Of a stretch of DNA of 64,000 nucleotides, positions 18,473 through 27,384 are shown piece after piece. The stretch spans positions 74,709 through 138,708 of the forward strand of contig JAWAFZ010000001.1 of the NCBI GenBank assembly GCA_038890155.1, in the 5' to 3' direction. The notes beneath the pieces are model-generated. The model ran no database searches. It saw only the letters and a program-made list of their open reading frames with translations, and was not told the origin of the DNA. This DNA is from Candidatus Caldarchaeum sp. GTDB taxonomy: Archaea; Thermoproteota; Nitrososphaeria_A; Caldarchaeales; Caldarchaeaceae. Both the position numbers and the translations under genes were made by a program. Every line of letters starts with the position of its first letter. Position 1 is the first letter of the stretch.

Positions 18473-20662
18473 CTACTCCTCCTCAACGAACTGAGCGATC
18501 GTAGGAACCTCCAGCGGCATCCCTTTCCTCTTCCTAATCTCCTGAATTACCTTGTCTCTTAGCGACGATGGAACAGGCTTCCACTGGCTGAATTCGGTGG
18601 CCCAGAAGGCTTTGCCCATAGTGGCGCTGCGCATAGCCTCGCTGAGGTCAAAGGTCTCGGACGCGGGTATTTCGCCCACCACCACGGTCACGTATTCTGC
18701 CTGTTTGACGTCGATTACTCTTCCACGCTTACTTGTTATGGTTGAGGTGACTGCGCCCATGAACTCGGGAGCAATCTTTGCCTCAATCTTGAGAACCGGC
18801 TCCAGAAGAACAGGCGAGGCAGAAAGAACGCTTGCGTATAGGCTTCTCCACGTAGCAGGAGCTATCTGAGCGTAGCCTCTGTGCACAGGGTCCTCGTGGA
18901 GCTCCACCTGTGTGAGGACAGCCTTAACGCCCCTCATGTTTTCAGCAGCCAGCGGGCCTTCCTGTATCACACGCTGGAACCCTCCAACTATCATCATCCT
19001 AGATTCCTGAAGGTACTGAGCGCCTTTGGTTGCGTCGACGAGCATGTTTCCACGGCCGTCTATCACCCATACGTTCCTAGCCTCCTCGGCATCCCATCCA
19101 TGTTCTCTCAAAAGCTTCGCCACTTGCTTCCTATCCATCTCGTCGAAGAGCTCACCTTTCCTGATGAGCTCGACCACCTCAGGCTCCAAAGGCTCGACCC
19201 TCGTGTATATCCTGTTGTGGCGGTTGGGAGACTTGCCTTCAAACTCTCTTCCCTTAGACTGGACCGCTTCCCTGTATAGTATGATGGGCTTGCCCGATAC
19301 AACCTCCAGCCCTGCCTTCTGAATCCACGTAAGAGCTATCTCAAGGTGGAGCGTGCCCATACCGCTTATCAGATACTCGCCCGTCTCCGGCCTTACTACG
19401 GTGACGAGAGTCGGGTCTTCGATGGTCAGCTTGTTAAGGAACTCGACGAGCTTGGGCAGGTCTCTGCTGTATTTCGGCTCGACCGAGATCGTCACGACTG
19501 GTTCGGAGACGTACTTTAGCGACTCGAACGGTATTGTTTCGACGGAGCCTATCGTATCGCCGGCACGGACGTCGTTCAGCCCCAGCACCGCGGGTATGTT
19601 CCCTGCGGGAATGCTGCCGACTATCTCCCTTGACGGACCCATGTAAACACCGACCTGCTGAACTCTTCCCGAAATGTTCCGCCCGACTATGATGACGGAG
19701 TCGCCTTCGTTGACTGTTCCGCTGAAGAGCCTGCCCGTGGCAACGACGCCCGCCTGCGGGTCAACCCGAACGTCCGTTACAGCCATGACGGTGGGGCCGT
19801 TTTCGTCGCAGTTCAGCATAGCCTGCCCGACCTCGCTCTCGAGGTCTCCCTTCCATATCTTGGATATCCTGTATTTCTGGGCAACATGCGGCGGCGGATG
19901 CTTCGATATAACCATCTCCAGCAGAGCTTCGTGAAGGGGTGTCTTCTGCCTAAGCCACTCCACATCTCCTCTGGAGAAGGCGTCTATGACGTCGGCGAAT
20001 TTGATCCCCTTCTCCTGAGCCTGCTTAACGGTGAAGCCCCACCTGTCCTTCGAGCTGCCGATCGCAACGGTGTTTTCGGCGAAGTTAATCTTCCATTTCT
20101 CACGCTGCTCAGGCTCGCCGTACATCTCGATTAAGGCGTTGACGTCCCTCACGATCCTGGTTAGGGTCTCCTGAATCCGTTCTGGAGGTAGACGGAGCTC
20201 CTTGACGAGCCGGTCTATCTTGTTGATGTACAGGACGGGCTTAACCCTCTCGCTCAAAGCTTGACGGATGACAGTCTCCGTCTGAGTCATAACCCCCTCG
20301 ACAGCGTCGACCACAACTATGGCGCCGTCTATGGCACGCAGAGCCCTCGTAACCCTTCCTGAAAAGTCGACGTGTCCAGGGGTGTCGATTAGGTTGACGA
20401 TGTACTGCTTGCCGTTCGTCTCATAGTACAGCGAGACGTTGGCGGCTTTGATGGTCATCTGCCTCTGCTGCTCCTCCTCCAAGTAGTCTAGGGCGAGGGC
20501 CTTGCCGGCAAGCGAGGGCGAAAGAAGCCCGGCTGCGGCTAGCAGGGAGTCGGAGGTGGTTGTTTTGCCGTGGTCGACATGTGCTATGATGCCGATGTTC
20601 CTTATGTTCTCCTTGCTCCTTAGGATGTCGACTACTTCCGATATCTTCTTAACTCTTGGCAT
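18473..20662 (-). CDS. fusA: Translation elongation factor 2 (aEF-2)
   Basis: G domain AHVDHGKTT, DTPGHVDF, and the diphthamide-site motif HEDPVHRG; 729 aa. Confidence 0.95.
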   Translation of the reverse strand: MPRVKKISEVVDILRSKENIRNIGIIAHVDHGKTTTSDSLLAAAGLLSPSLAGKALALDYLEEEQQRQMTIKAANVSLYYETNGKQYIVNLIDTPGHVDFSGRVTRALRAIDGAIVVVDAVEGVMTQTETVIRQALSERVKPVLYINKIDRLVKELRLPPERIQETLTRIVRDVNALIEMYGEPEQREKWKINFAENTVAIGSSKDRWGFTVKQAQEKGIKFADVIDAFSRGDVEWLRQKTPLHEALLEMVISKHPPPHVAQKYRISKIWKGDLESEVGQAMLNCDENGPTVMAVTDVRVDPQAGVVATGRLFSGTVNEGDSVIIVGRNISGRVQQVGVYMGPSREIVGSIPAGNIPAVLGLNDVRAGDTIGSVETIPFESLKYVSEPVVTISVEPKYSRDLPKLVEFLNKLTIEDPTLVTVVRPETGEYLISGMGTLHLEIALTWIQKAGLEVVSGKPIILYREAVQSKGREFEGKSPNRHNRIYTRVEPLEPEVVELIRKGELFDEMDRKQVAKLLREHGWDAEEARNVWVIDGRGNMLVDATKGAQYLQESRMMIVGGFQRVIQEGPLAAENMRGVKAVLTQVELHEDPVHRGYAQIAPATWRSLYASVLSASPVLLEPVLKIEAKIAPEFMGAVTSTITSKRGRVIDVKQAEYVTVVVGEIPASETFDLSEAMRSATMGKAFWATEFSQWKPVPSSLRDKVIQEIRKRKGMPLEVPTIAQFVEEE

Positions 20663-20717
20663 CGAGTCTCCACGGTTATCCCGAAAACCTCGGTTTTAAA
20701 TGTATGCGGAGTAAGGT

Positions 20718-21173
20718 TTATTTCTTCTTCTTAGCAGGCTTCTCAAGCTCCTTCTTCAGGCCTTCGACAAGCTCCTTGACCTTCGCCTTCGTAGTCGACT
20801 CCATGAGCCTGCTACCGACGCTGGCCACGAGACCTCCTACAATCATGTCGGCTGACCAAGAAACCTCGGTGCCTCCCTCAACGGGGTTGAGCTGTAGCTG
20901 GAGGCTGAGGTCAGCCGTGCTCTGCATCCCCGAGCCCTTTCCCGAGATCCTCAGGCTCGTCGGCGGGCTCAGCTCTTCGTACTTGAAAGCCATGTTCAGG
21001 CTGCCCTTAATCATTCCAAGACCGATTTTGAACACGGTCTTGAAGCTCGTGGCATCAACTTTCTCATACTTCTGAAGGTCGGGGATCAGCTTGACGAAGT
21101 TATCCGGCTCCGTGATGAACTTCCAAACAGTATCCCTGTCTGCTGCGACAACGAACTTGTCAGCCATCTTCAT
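20718..21173 (-). CDS. coxG: CoxG-like SRPBCC family protein
   Basis: About 151-aa SRPBCC/CoxG fold protein with a Lys-rich tail, immediately downstream of coxS. Confidence 0.7.
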   Translation of the reverse strand: MKMADKFVVAADRDTVWKFITEPDNFVKLIPDLQKYEKVDATSFKTVFKIGLGMIKGSLNMAFKYEELSPPTSLRISGKGSGMQSTADLSLQLQLNPVEGGTEVSWSADMIVGGLVASVGSRLMESTTKAKVKELVEGLKKELEKPAKKKK

Positions 21174-21177
21174 CTAG

Positions 21178-21723
21178 CTAGACCTCTACTACAGGCTTAC
21201 CCGAGCTCCTTATCTCTTCAGCAGCAGCCAGAATGGCCTTGACTATGTTGACGTATCCAGTGCAGCGGCACAGGTTTCCCGAGATGCCGTGCCTAACCTC
21301 CTCCTCAGTCGGGTTAGGGTTAATCATCAGATACCCTGCGGAAGCCATTATCATGCCAGGTGTACAGTAGCCGCACTGGAGGCCATGATGCTCCCAGAAT
21401 GCTTTCTGCAACGGATGGAGCTCATCACCCTTCGCCATTCCCTCTATAGTCAGGATCTTCTTCCCGTTAGCCTGTACGGCGAAGTAAGTGCACGACTTGA
21501 CCGCCTTCCATTTTCCGTCAAACTGCATCAAAACAGTGCAGGCTCCGCAGTTGGTGGTGTCGCATCCTATGTGAGTTCCCGTAAGCCCTGCATTCTCCCT
21601 TATGAAGTGCACGAGTAGAAGCCTCGGCTCGACCTCGTAGCTGTAGTCGACGCCGTTGATGTTAACCGTGACCAATTTCTTCGAAGGCTCAGCTTGCTTC
21701 AAACCTTTCTTGGCGGCCATCAT
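21178..21723 (-). CDS. coxS: Mo-hydroxylase small subunit, [2Fe-2S]-binding (CoxS/CutS-like)
   Basis: Plant-type ferredoxin motif [11 protein letters not shown] and a second cluster motif [10 protein letters not shown] ... CRCTGY. Confidence 0.9.
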   Translation of the reverse strand: MMAAKKGLKQAEPSKKLVTVNINGVDYSYEVEPRLLLVHFIRENAGLTGTHIGCDTTNCGACTVLMQFDGKWKAVKSCTYFAVQANGKKILTIEGMAKGDELHPLQKAFWEHHGLQCGYCTPGMIMASAGYLMINPNPTEEEVRHGISGNLCRCTGYVNIVKAILAAAEEIRSSGKPVVEV

Positions 21724-21730
21724 TCATCAC

Positions 21731-22603
21731 CTAAACCGCAACACCAGCCCTCTCAAAGGCTTTATTTAAAGCCCTCCTCGTGAAAACCTTAGCCATCTCA
21801 CGCTTGTACTCAGCTGACCCTCTAAGGTCAGAGGAGGGGTCTGACATGTCGGCGGCCGCCTGCGCAGCCTTCTCCACCAAATCCCTCGTGGGTTTCTGGC
21901 CGACCAAAATCTCCTCAGCTTCCGTCGCCCTGAAAGGCGCCGGAGCAACCGCCGTCAAACCTATGCCAACCTTATCAACGACGTTATTGGCGTCGAGAGC
22001 GGCAGAAGCCGCCACGCCGACAGTCGCGTAGTCGCCGGCCTTCCTCTCAAACTTAAGGTATGCCTGGCCTACCTTCGCACCCATCGGAACAGGCATCACA
22101 GCCTCCACAAGTATCTCGGTTGGTTTGAGTGCTGTCTCGAACGGGCCTTTGAAGAACTTTACAGCTTTGATCCTTCTCTTAGCGGTACCTTGAGCAACGA
22201 GCTCGGCGTCCAAGGCTAGGACTGCCGCTGGCCAGTCGGCGGCCGGGTCTGCGTGGGCGAGGGATCCCAGGAAGGTTCCTAGGTTTCTAACCTGCATGTC
22301 GGCTATCTGGGGAGCGGCCTCCGCTAATAGCGGGAGCTTCTTCTTGATTATCGGGGAGTGCTCGATGTCTGCGTGCCGTGCTAGAGCACCTATCCGGACA
22401 ACTTTCCCACCGTCCTTGATGTAGTTGAGCCCTTTGATGTTGTTAATGTCAACGATGTACTGGGGTGAGACGAGCCTGAGCTTCATCATCGGTATGAGGC
22501 TCATTCCTCCGCTGAGGACCTTAGCGTCCTTGTGCTTACGGAGGTACGAAACAGCTTGGGCGAGAGTCGTCGGAGCCAAGTACTCAAATTTCCTCGGTAT
22601 CAT
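21731..22603 (-). CDS. coxM: Mo-hydroxylase medium subunit, FAD-binding (CoxM/CutM-like)
   Basis: FAD-binding PCMH-type domain (AKVLSGGMSLIP), CO-dehydrogenase flavoprotein C-terminal domain; 290 aa. Confidence 0.85.
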   Translation of the reverse strand: MIPRKFEYLAPTTLAQAVSYLRKHKDAKVLSGGMSLIPMMKLRLVSPQYIVDINNIKGLNYIKDGGKVVRIGALARHADIEHSPIIKKKLPLLAEAAPQIADMQVRNLGTFLGSLAHADPAADWPAAVLALDAELVAQGTAKRRIKAVKFFKGPFETALKPTEILVEAVMPVPMGAKVGQAYLKFERKAGDYATVGVAASAALDANNVVDKVGIGLTAVAPAPFRATEAEEILVGQKPTRDLVEKAAQAAADMSDPSSDLRGSAEYKREMAKVFTRRALNKAFERAGVAV

Positions 22604-22706
22604 CGGTTTTGTTGAAGTTGCGGCTTACTTAAAAACGTTTCGAGGTTTTTGAACAGGCGAAAAATGCAAAACATAAATTAACAGATGAGAACGGAATTCA
22701 CCGGAG

Positions 22707-23573
22707 TTGTTAAAGGATCTAACGCCTGAAAGCCTGGTCCAAGCTATGGAGAGGGAGTTGTACGTTGCCGACAGACCCCTTGCTCTGTCCGTTTACTTGG
22801 CGCTCAAGCTCGAAAAACCTCTCCTCATCGAAGGGGAGCCTGGATGCGGGAAGACGGAGGTGGCGAAGGTCCTAGCCAAGCTGCTGGACACGGACCTCAT
22901 ACGCCTCCAGTGCTACGAGGGCATCACGGCTTCACAAGCTCTCTACGAATGGGATTATCCACGCCAGCTGATTAACATACGACTGCTCGAAGACAAGAAA
23001 ACACCCGAGGAGATATCGGCCGAGATATTCAGCGAGAAGTATCTTCTTCGGAGGCCTTTGCTTGCGACGCTTCTCCACGAGGGGCCCAACCCTCCTGTCC
23101 TACTCATCGACGAGATAGACAGGAGCGACGAAGAGTTCGAGGGGTTTCTGCTGGAGTTTCTGGCAGAGTTCCAAGTAACAATTCCTGAGCTCGGCACAAT
23201 ATCTTCAAAGAAGAAGCCGGTCGTCATAATTACTTCCAACAGGACGAGGGAGGTCGGCGACGGGCTGCGAAGGCGTTGCCTGTACCTCTACGTGACCTAT
23301 CCCTCTCCCGAGAAGGAGAGGAGGATCTTGTCGCTCAAAGTGCCCCAGCTCTCGCCTAAGATGGCGGACGAGGTCGTGGCCTTCGTCCAAAAGATACGCC
23401 AGATAAACGAGCTCAACAAGAAGCCCGGCATATCGGAGACGATAGACTGGGCTAATGCTTTGAACGTGCTCGGAGCTTCAGACCTCAGCCCTTCTATGAT
23501 AGAGTCGACTCTAAGCTGCTTGATAAAGAACGAGGACGACCTGAGGGTCATCAGAGATTCAGGGATCTTCTAG
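22707..23573 (+). CDS. coxD: MoxR-family AAA+ ATPase (CoxD-like)
   Basis: Walker A GEPGCGKTE, Walker B LLIDEIDR, MoxR sensor regions; 288 aa. TTG at 22707, or ATG at 22746. Confidence 0.85.
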   Translation: MLKDLTPESLVQAMERELYVADRPLALSVYLALKLEKPLLIEGEPGCGKTEVAKVLAKLLDTDLIRLQCYEGITASQALYEWDYPRQLINIRLLEDKKTPEEISAEIFSEKYLLRRPLLATLLHEGPNPPVLLIDEIDRSDEEFEGFLLEFLAEFQVTIPELGTISSKKKPVVIITSNRTREVGDGLRRRCLYLYVTYPSPEKERRILSLKVPQLSPKMADEVVAFVQKIRQINELNKKPGISETIDWANALNVLGASDLSPSMIESTLSCLIKNEDDLRVIRDSGIF

Positions 23574-23575
23574 AG

Positions 23576-24736
23576 ATGTTTGAAGATGATGTTCTATTCT
23601 TAGTGACTGACGTCGCAGAGCGTCTCCGAGGATACGGCGTGAAGTGCGGCAGTTCTGAGACGATAGACGCCTACAGGGCGTTAGGCTTGGTTAAGCTGGG
23701 TAGCGTTGAAGAACTCAAGAACGTGATGAAGCTATGCATGGTCAAAAGGCTTGAGGACTACGAGGTGTTTGACAGGGTTTTTGAGGAGATGATGTCGTTG
23801 AAGAAAAAGCCGGCCGAGCGTAGGCAGTCTGAGGCCGGGGGAGAGAGTGGGAGCGGGCAGAAGACTCTTGAAAGGAGCAGGGACGGCGGCAGGGACTCTC
23901 GCCAGGCTATGATGGCTTACTACAGCCCTGTTGAGATCCTTACGAGGAAGGAGCTGCCCATCCCGACAATCGAGTTCATCCGTGAAAGCAAGAGGGTGAT
24001 GAAGAGACTACGGCGCAGGCTGGCGCTGATGCCCGGCCGTAGGTACGAGAAGAGCAGCAAAGGCGTCGTGGATTTCGGCGCGACGATGAGGCAGAGCCTG
24101 AGAAACTACGGCGAGGTCATGAAGGTTTTGAGGATGAGGAGAAAGCTTACGAGATGCAAGCTAGTTGCGATATTTGACGTAAGCGGCTCGATGGACACCT
24201 ACACGGAGTTTCTGATGCAGTCTATGTATTCGCTGGCACGTCAGAGCGTGGCCGTGGAGGTCTTCGTCTTCAGCACGAAGCTTCTTCGAGTAAGCAGCCT
24301 CCTCAAGTACTTTGGGCCTAAGAAGGCTTCCGACCTCATCTCGAGAGATGTAAACATTTGGGGTAGCGGTACCAGAATCGGCAGCTGTCTGCTAAACTTC
24401 ATCGAGAAGTACCGCGGGATTGTGAGCAGGGGTACGGTTTTGATAATCGTCAGCGACGGCTGGGACACGGGCGAGCCCGAGCTGCTGGACAGGGCTATGA
24501 GGAGCTTGAAGGCCATGGTCGGGCGATTGATCTGGGTGAACCCTCATGCCGACAAACCTGGCTTCAAGCCTAGAACCATAGGCATGGAGACCGCCCTGCC
24601 TTACGTGGACATTCTAGCCGGTATGAACGCTTTGAAGAACGTCCGAGGATTCACAAAGTACTTCGGCCCATCCCTCCAGCCCATGACCCGGAGGACGCAA
24701 GCCGTCAGCAGACGGGGCCTACACGCTCACCCGTAG
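23576..24736 (+). CDS. coxE: VWA-domain protein (CoxE-like)
   Basis: C-terminal vWA domain with MIDAS-like region (IFDVSGSMD); cognate partner of the MoxR ATPase; 386 aa. Confidence 0.8.
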   Translation: MFEDDVLFLVTDVAERLRGYGVKCGSSETIDAYRALGLVKLGSVEELKNVMKLCMVKRLEDYEVFDRVFEEMMSLKKKPAERRQSEAGGESGSGQKTLERSRDGGRDSRQAMMAYYSPVEILTRKELPIPTIEFIRESKRVMKRLRRRLALMPGRRYEKSSKGVVDFGATMRQSLRNYGEVMKVLRMRRKLTRCKLVAIFDVSGSMDTYTEFLMQSMYSLARQSVAVEVFVFSTKLLRVSSLLKYFGPKKASDLISRDVNIWGSGTRIGSCLLNFIEKYRGIVSRGTVLIIVSDGWDTGEPELLDRAMRSLKAMVGRLIWVNPHADKPGFKPRTIGMETALPYVDILAGMNALKNVRGFTKYFGPSLQPMTRRTQAVSRRGLHAHP

Positions 24737-25562
24737 CCTCCCGCAGTATCTCCTCTGTCTCGACCTTCTTAACTTCCTGAAGACGTCTTGCAGTACCGCC
24801 AGTCTCGAGCATGAGGACTTCAGCCATTATGCTCAGGGCAATCTCCTCGGGCTTCTCCGCACCTATGTCGATGCCGCAGGGTGAAGAGATCTTGCTGAGG
24901 TGTTTGGAGTCGAGCCCCATCCTAAGAAGCGTTTCTATTACGATGCCGGCCCTCTTCTTGCTGGCTATGAGACCGACGTACCACGCCCCGCCGTCCAAGG
25001 CTTTCTTGATGTACTTGTGGTCTAGCTTGTGCATCGTCGACACCACGGCTGCCGTGCGTTCGTCAACCCTTACATCCGTCAAGTCCGGGTCTACGCTGTA
25101 CTGGTCTACCTTGTCGGCCCGCTTGAACATGTTCTCAGGGTCTGCGACCACGACTCTGTAGTCGAGCATCTTGCCTAGCTTCGCTAGGCTCTCGACTATC
25201 TCGCCGTGCCCCACGAGAAGCAGCTGCTTCTTAGGCAGGACCGGTTCGAGGTAAACCTCCATCGAGCCTCCGCATGGCACTCCCGTTCCACGGAGCTCGT
25301 CCTCCATCTCCAAATAGATCGTCCTGCCTTTGGCCTCCTTCAAGGTCTTTAGGGCTTCCTGCATCACGGTGGTCTCGACGCAGCCTCCTCCAACCCATCC
25401 GAACAAGCCTTTTCCGTCTTCTAGGATGATTGCCTTCGAGCCGACTTTCCCCGAGGTGTGTCCGAATGTTTTGACGACCGTGGCTATGCAGAACTTCTTG
25501 CCCTCGGCCAAAAGCTCGGAGACCTTAGTGTAGAACGTTAAGTTGTCCAACCCGGGATGCAA
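24705..25562 (-). CDS. xdhC: XdhC/CoxI-family molybdoenzyme maturation protein
   Basis: XdhC_CoxI N-terminal domain plus XdhC Rossmann domain (LLLVGHGEIV); 285 aa. Confidence 0.75.
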   Translation of the reverse strand: MHPGLDNLTFYTKVSELLAEGKKFCIATVVKTFGHTSGKVGSKAIILEDGKGLFGWVGGGCVETTVMQEALKTLKEAKGRTIYLEMEDELRGTGVPCGGSMEVYLEPVLPKKQLLLVGHGEIVESLAKLGKMLDYRVVVADPENMFKRADKVDQYSVDPDLTDVRVDERTAAVVSTMHKLDHKYIKKALDGGAWYVGLIASKKRAGIVIETLLRMGLDSKHLSKISSPCGIDIGAEKPEEIALSIMAEVLMLETGGTARRLQEVKKVETEEILREATGERVGPVC

Positions 25563-25603
25563 AAGGTTCGCTAAAATATAAGCTATTCGATCATGTTTGA
25601 GGT

Positions 25604-26842
25604 ATGTACAGAAGAGTCGAAAAGTTCACGGACGTTTGGGAGGCTCAGCGAACACTCCTCAGCTACGTAAAGCCTGTGCAGGAGGTTGAAGAAGTCAACG
25701 TCTTCGAGGCCTTCGGAAGGGTGGCTGCAGAATCCGTAAGGTCTCCACGAGACCTCCCAGCCCACCACTCGTCCCACATGGACGGCTTCGCTGTAAGCTC
25801 GTCCTCTGTCGAGAAAGCATCCGCAGACAATCCCGTAAGGCTCAAAGTAGTCGGCGAATGCAGGCCTGGCAGACCTCCATCCATAAAGCTCGGGCCAGGT
25901 GATGCCGCTAGGATACTGACGGGTGGGTTTCTGCCTGAAGGCGCTGACGCCGTTGTTCCTCAGGAGGATGTTGCGATGGAGGATGACGTTATAGTTGTGA
26001 GGAGCCCTGTGGATAAGATGCAGTACGTCGACCGTAGAGGTTTTGACGTCGAGGCTGGGCAGGAGCTTTTCGGGAAAGGGCGTGTTCTCAAGGCTTCTGA
26101 CCTAGTTTTGATGGCCTCGCTCGGGCTGAGAGCTGTCAGAGTAGTTAGGAGGCCGAGATTGGGGATAATGGCTGTCGGAGACGAGCTTACAGACAGCTTC
26201 GACGAGGCCTCTTCGGGCAAGATACTGAACACGCACTCCTACGTGGTGAGCAAGCTTGCCGAAGCATCTGGAGCACACGTCGTAAACCTGGGAATCGTGC
26301 CGGACAACCCCGCAGCTATTCACGGAAAAATAATCGAGTACTCGGGTAAGCTAGACATTCTAGTCTCGATAGCAGGATCTTCGATAAGCGAGAGAGACGT
26401 CTCATCCCTCACCGCCCGCAGTTTTGAGGTCTTCGTCCACGGGTTGACGCTTCAGCCCGGAAGGGTCGGAGGCTTCGCCGTTGTCAACGGTACACCTCTT
26501 GTGATGCTCCCGGGATTGATAATGTCCACGCTCAACGTCTTCATGTTCCTCGCCTACCCCTGTCTTAGACGGCTTCAGGGACAGGAGCCTAGGTTCTACC
26601 ACCGGAGGGTTGGTGCAAGGCTGACTGAGAGGGTCAGCTTCAGGAAGTTCATCGACTTCGTCAAGGTCGTCTGGGTCAGGTTGGAGGAGCTTGAAGACAG
26701 CCTTACATGCAAGCCGATCCTAGGCGAGTCAAGCGGAATGAGCATACCCTCGAGGGCTGACGGCTTCATAACAGCTCCGCCCGGCGTCTCCAACATACCT
26801 AAAGACATGGACGTCATGGTTCACCTACCTCCCAGCCTCTGA
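25604..26842 (+). CDS. moeA: Molybdopterin molybdotransferase MoeA
   Basis: MoeA N-terminal/linker domain, MoCF-biosynthesis domain (GGFLPEGADAVV, ILVSIAGSS), C-terminal domain; 412 aa. Confidence 0.85.
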   Translation: MYRRVEKFTDVWEAQRTLLSYVKPVQEVEEVNVFEAFGRVAAESVRSPRDLPAHHSSHMDGFAVSSSSVEKASADNPVRLKVVGECRPGRPPSIKLGPGDAARILTGGFLPEGADAVVPQEDVAMEDDVIVVRSPVDKMQYVDRRGFDVEAGQELFGKGRVLKASDLVLMASLGLRAVRVVRRPRLGIMAVGDELTDSFDEASSGKILNTHSYVVSKLAEASGAHVVNLGIVPDNPAAIHGKIIEYSGKLDILVSIAGSSISERDVSSLTARSFEVFVHGLTLQPGRVGGFAVVNGTPLVMLPGLIMSTLNVFMFLAYPCLRRLQGQEPRFYHRRVGARLTERVSFRKFIDFVKVVWVRLEELEDSLTCKPILGESSGMSIPSRADGFITAPPGVSNIPKDMDVMVHLPPSL

Positions 26843-26997
26843 TGCTTGGGGTCGGCATGGCTCTTCCTGCATCACGGCTCAGTCTGGGGCAGCAGCCTCA
26901 TCCCCCATGGAGACACATTAGAGTCATCTAATATCTGTTGCATCGATGCCCAAAACCTTAAAACCAAGCGGCTCGGCTATTTCGAACCGTGATTGAA

Positions 26998-27105
26998 ATG
27001 AAAGGACACCTATACAAGCATGCAGAGGAAGAGGAGTTCGAAGAAGAGTTCGAAGAAGAAGACTTCGAGGAGGAGGAATGGGAAGAAGAGGAAGAGGATT
27101 TCTAG
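26998..27105 (+). CDS. Candidate 35-aa hyper-acidic peptide (unannotated small ORF)
   Basis: ATG ORF encoding MKGHLYKHAEEEEFEEEFEEEDFEEEEWEEEEEDF. The SD-like GTGAT sits 5 nt upstream. Below the ORF-track size cutoff. Confidence 0.3.
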   Translation: MKGHLYKHAEEEEFEEEFEEEDFEEEEWEEEEEDF

Positions 27106-27384
27106 CTACTCGCCTGTTTCCTCTCCTTCCTTTTTATGAGTGTAGAGCACGATCGACGTTACTGCGCTCTTGACGCCGTGAACCGACAAAATCTTCTCCT
27201 TGAGGAAATCCCTGAAGCTAGCTATGTCTCTGGCCACGACCAGAACAATAAGGTCGAACTCTCCCGTCACCTCGTAGACGTCAATTACCTCTGGAAGCTT
27301 GCTGATATTCTTCGCAACCTTCTCTATCAAGTTAGACTCGGCGAAGATGTGGATTATGGCCCTGACTCCCGGAGCGGACATCAC
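27106..27384 (-). CDS. Stand-alone RAM (Lrp/AsnC C-terminal ligand-binding) domain protein
   Basis: 92 aa matching only the AsnC_trans_reg/RAM domain (no HTH). 4-nt overlap with the upstream APC transporter gene. Confidence 0.7.
   Translation of the reverse strand: MMSAPGVRAIIHIFAESNLIEKVAKNISKLPEVIDVYEVTGEFDLIVLVVARDIASFRDFLKEKILSVHGVKSAVTSIVLYTHKKEGEETGE

Noticed and set aside
18552-20134. Multiple plus-strand ORFs across the aEF-2 locus
   Set aside because: All are antisense to an unambiguous 729-aa EF-2 with a diphthamide motif. They are typical GC-rich antisense artefacts.
22707-24736. MoxR AAA+ ATPase + VWA protein pair as a possible defence or novel system
   Set aside because: The pair is immediately adjacent to coxM/S/G, xdhC and moeA. 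In that context MoxR-VWA (CoxD/CoxE) are established maturation factors of molybdenum hydroxylases, not a stand-alone system.
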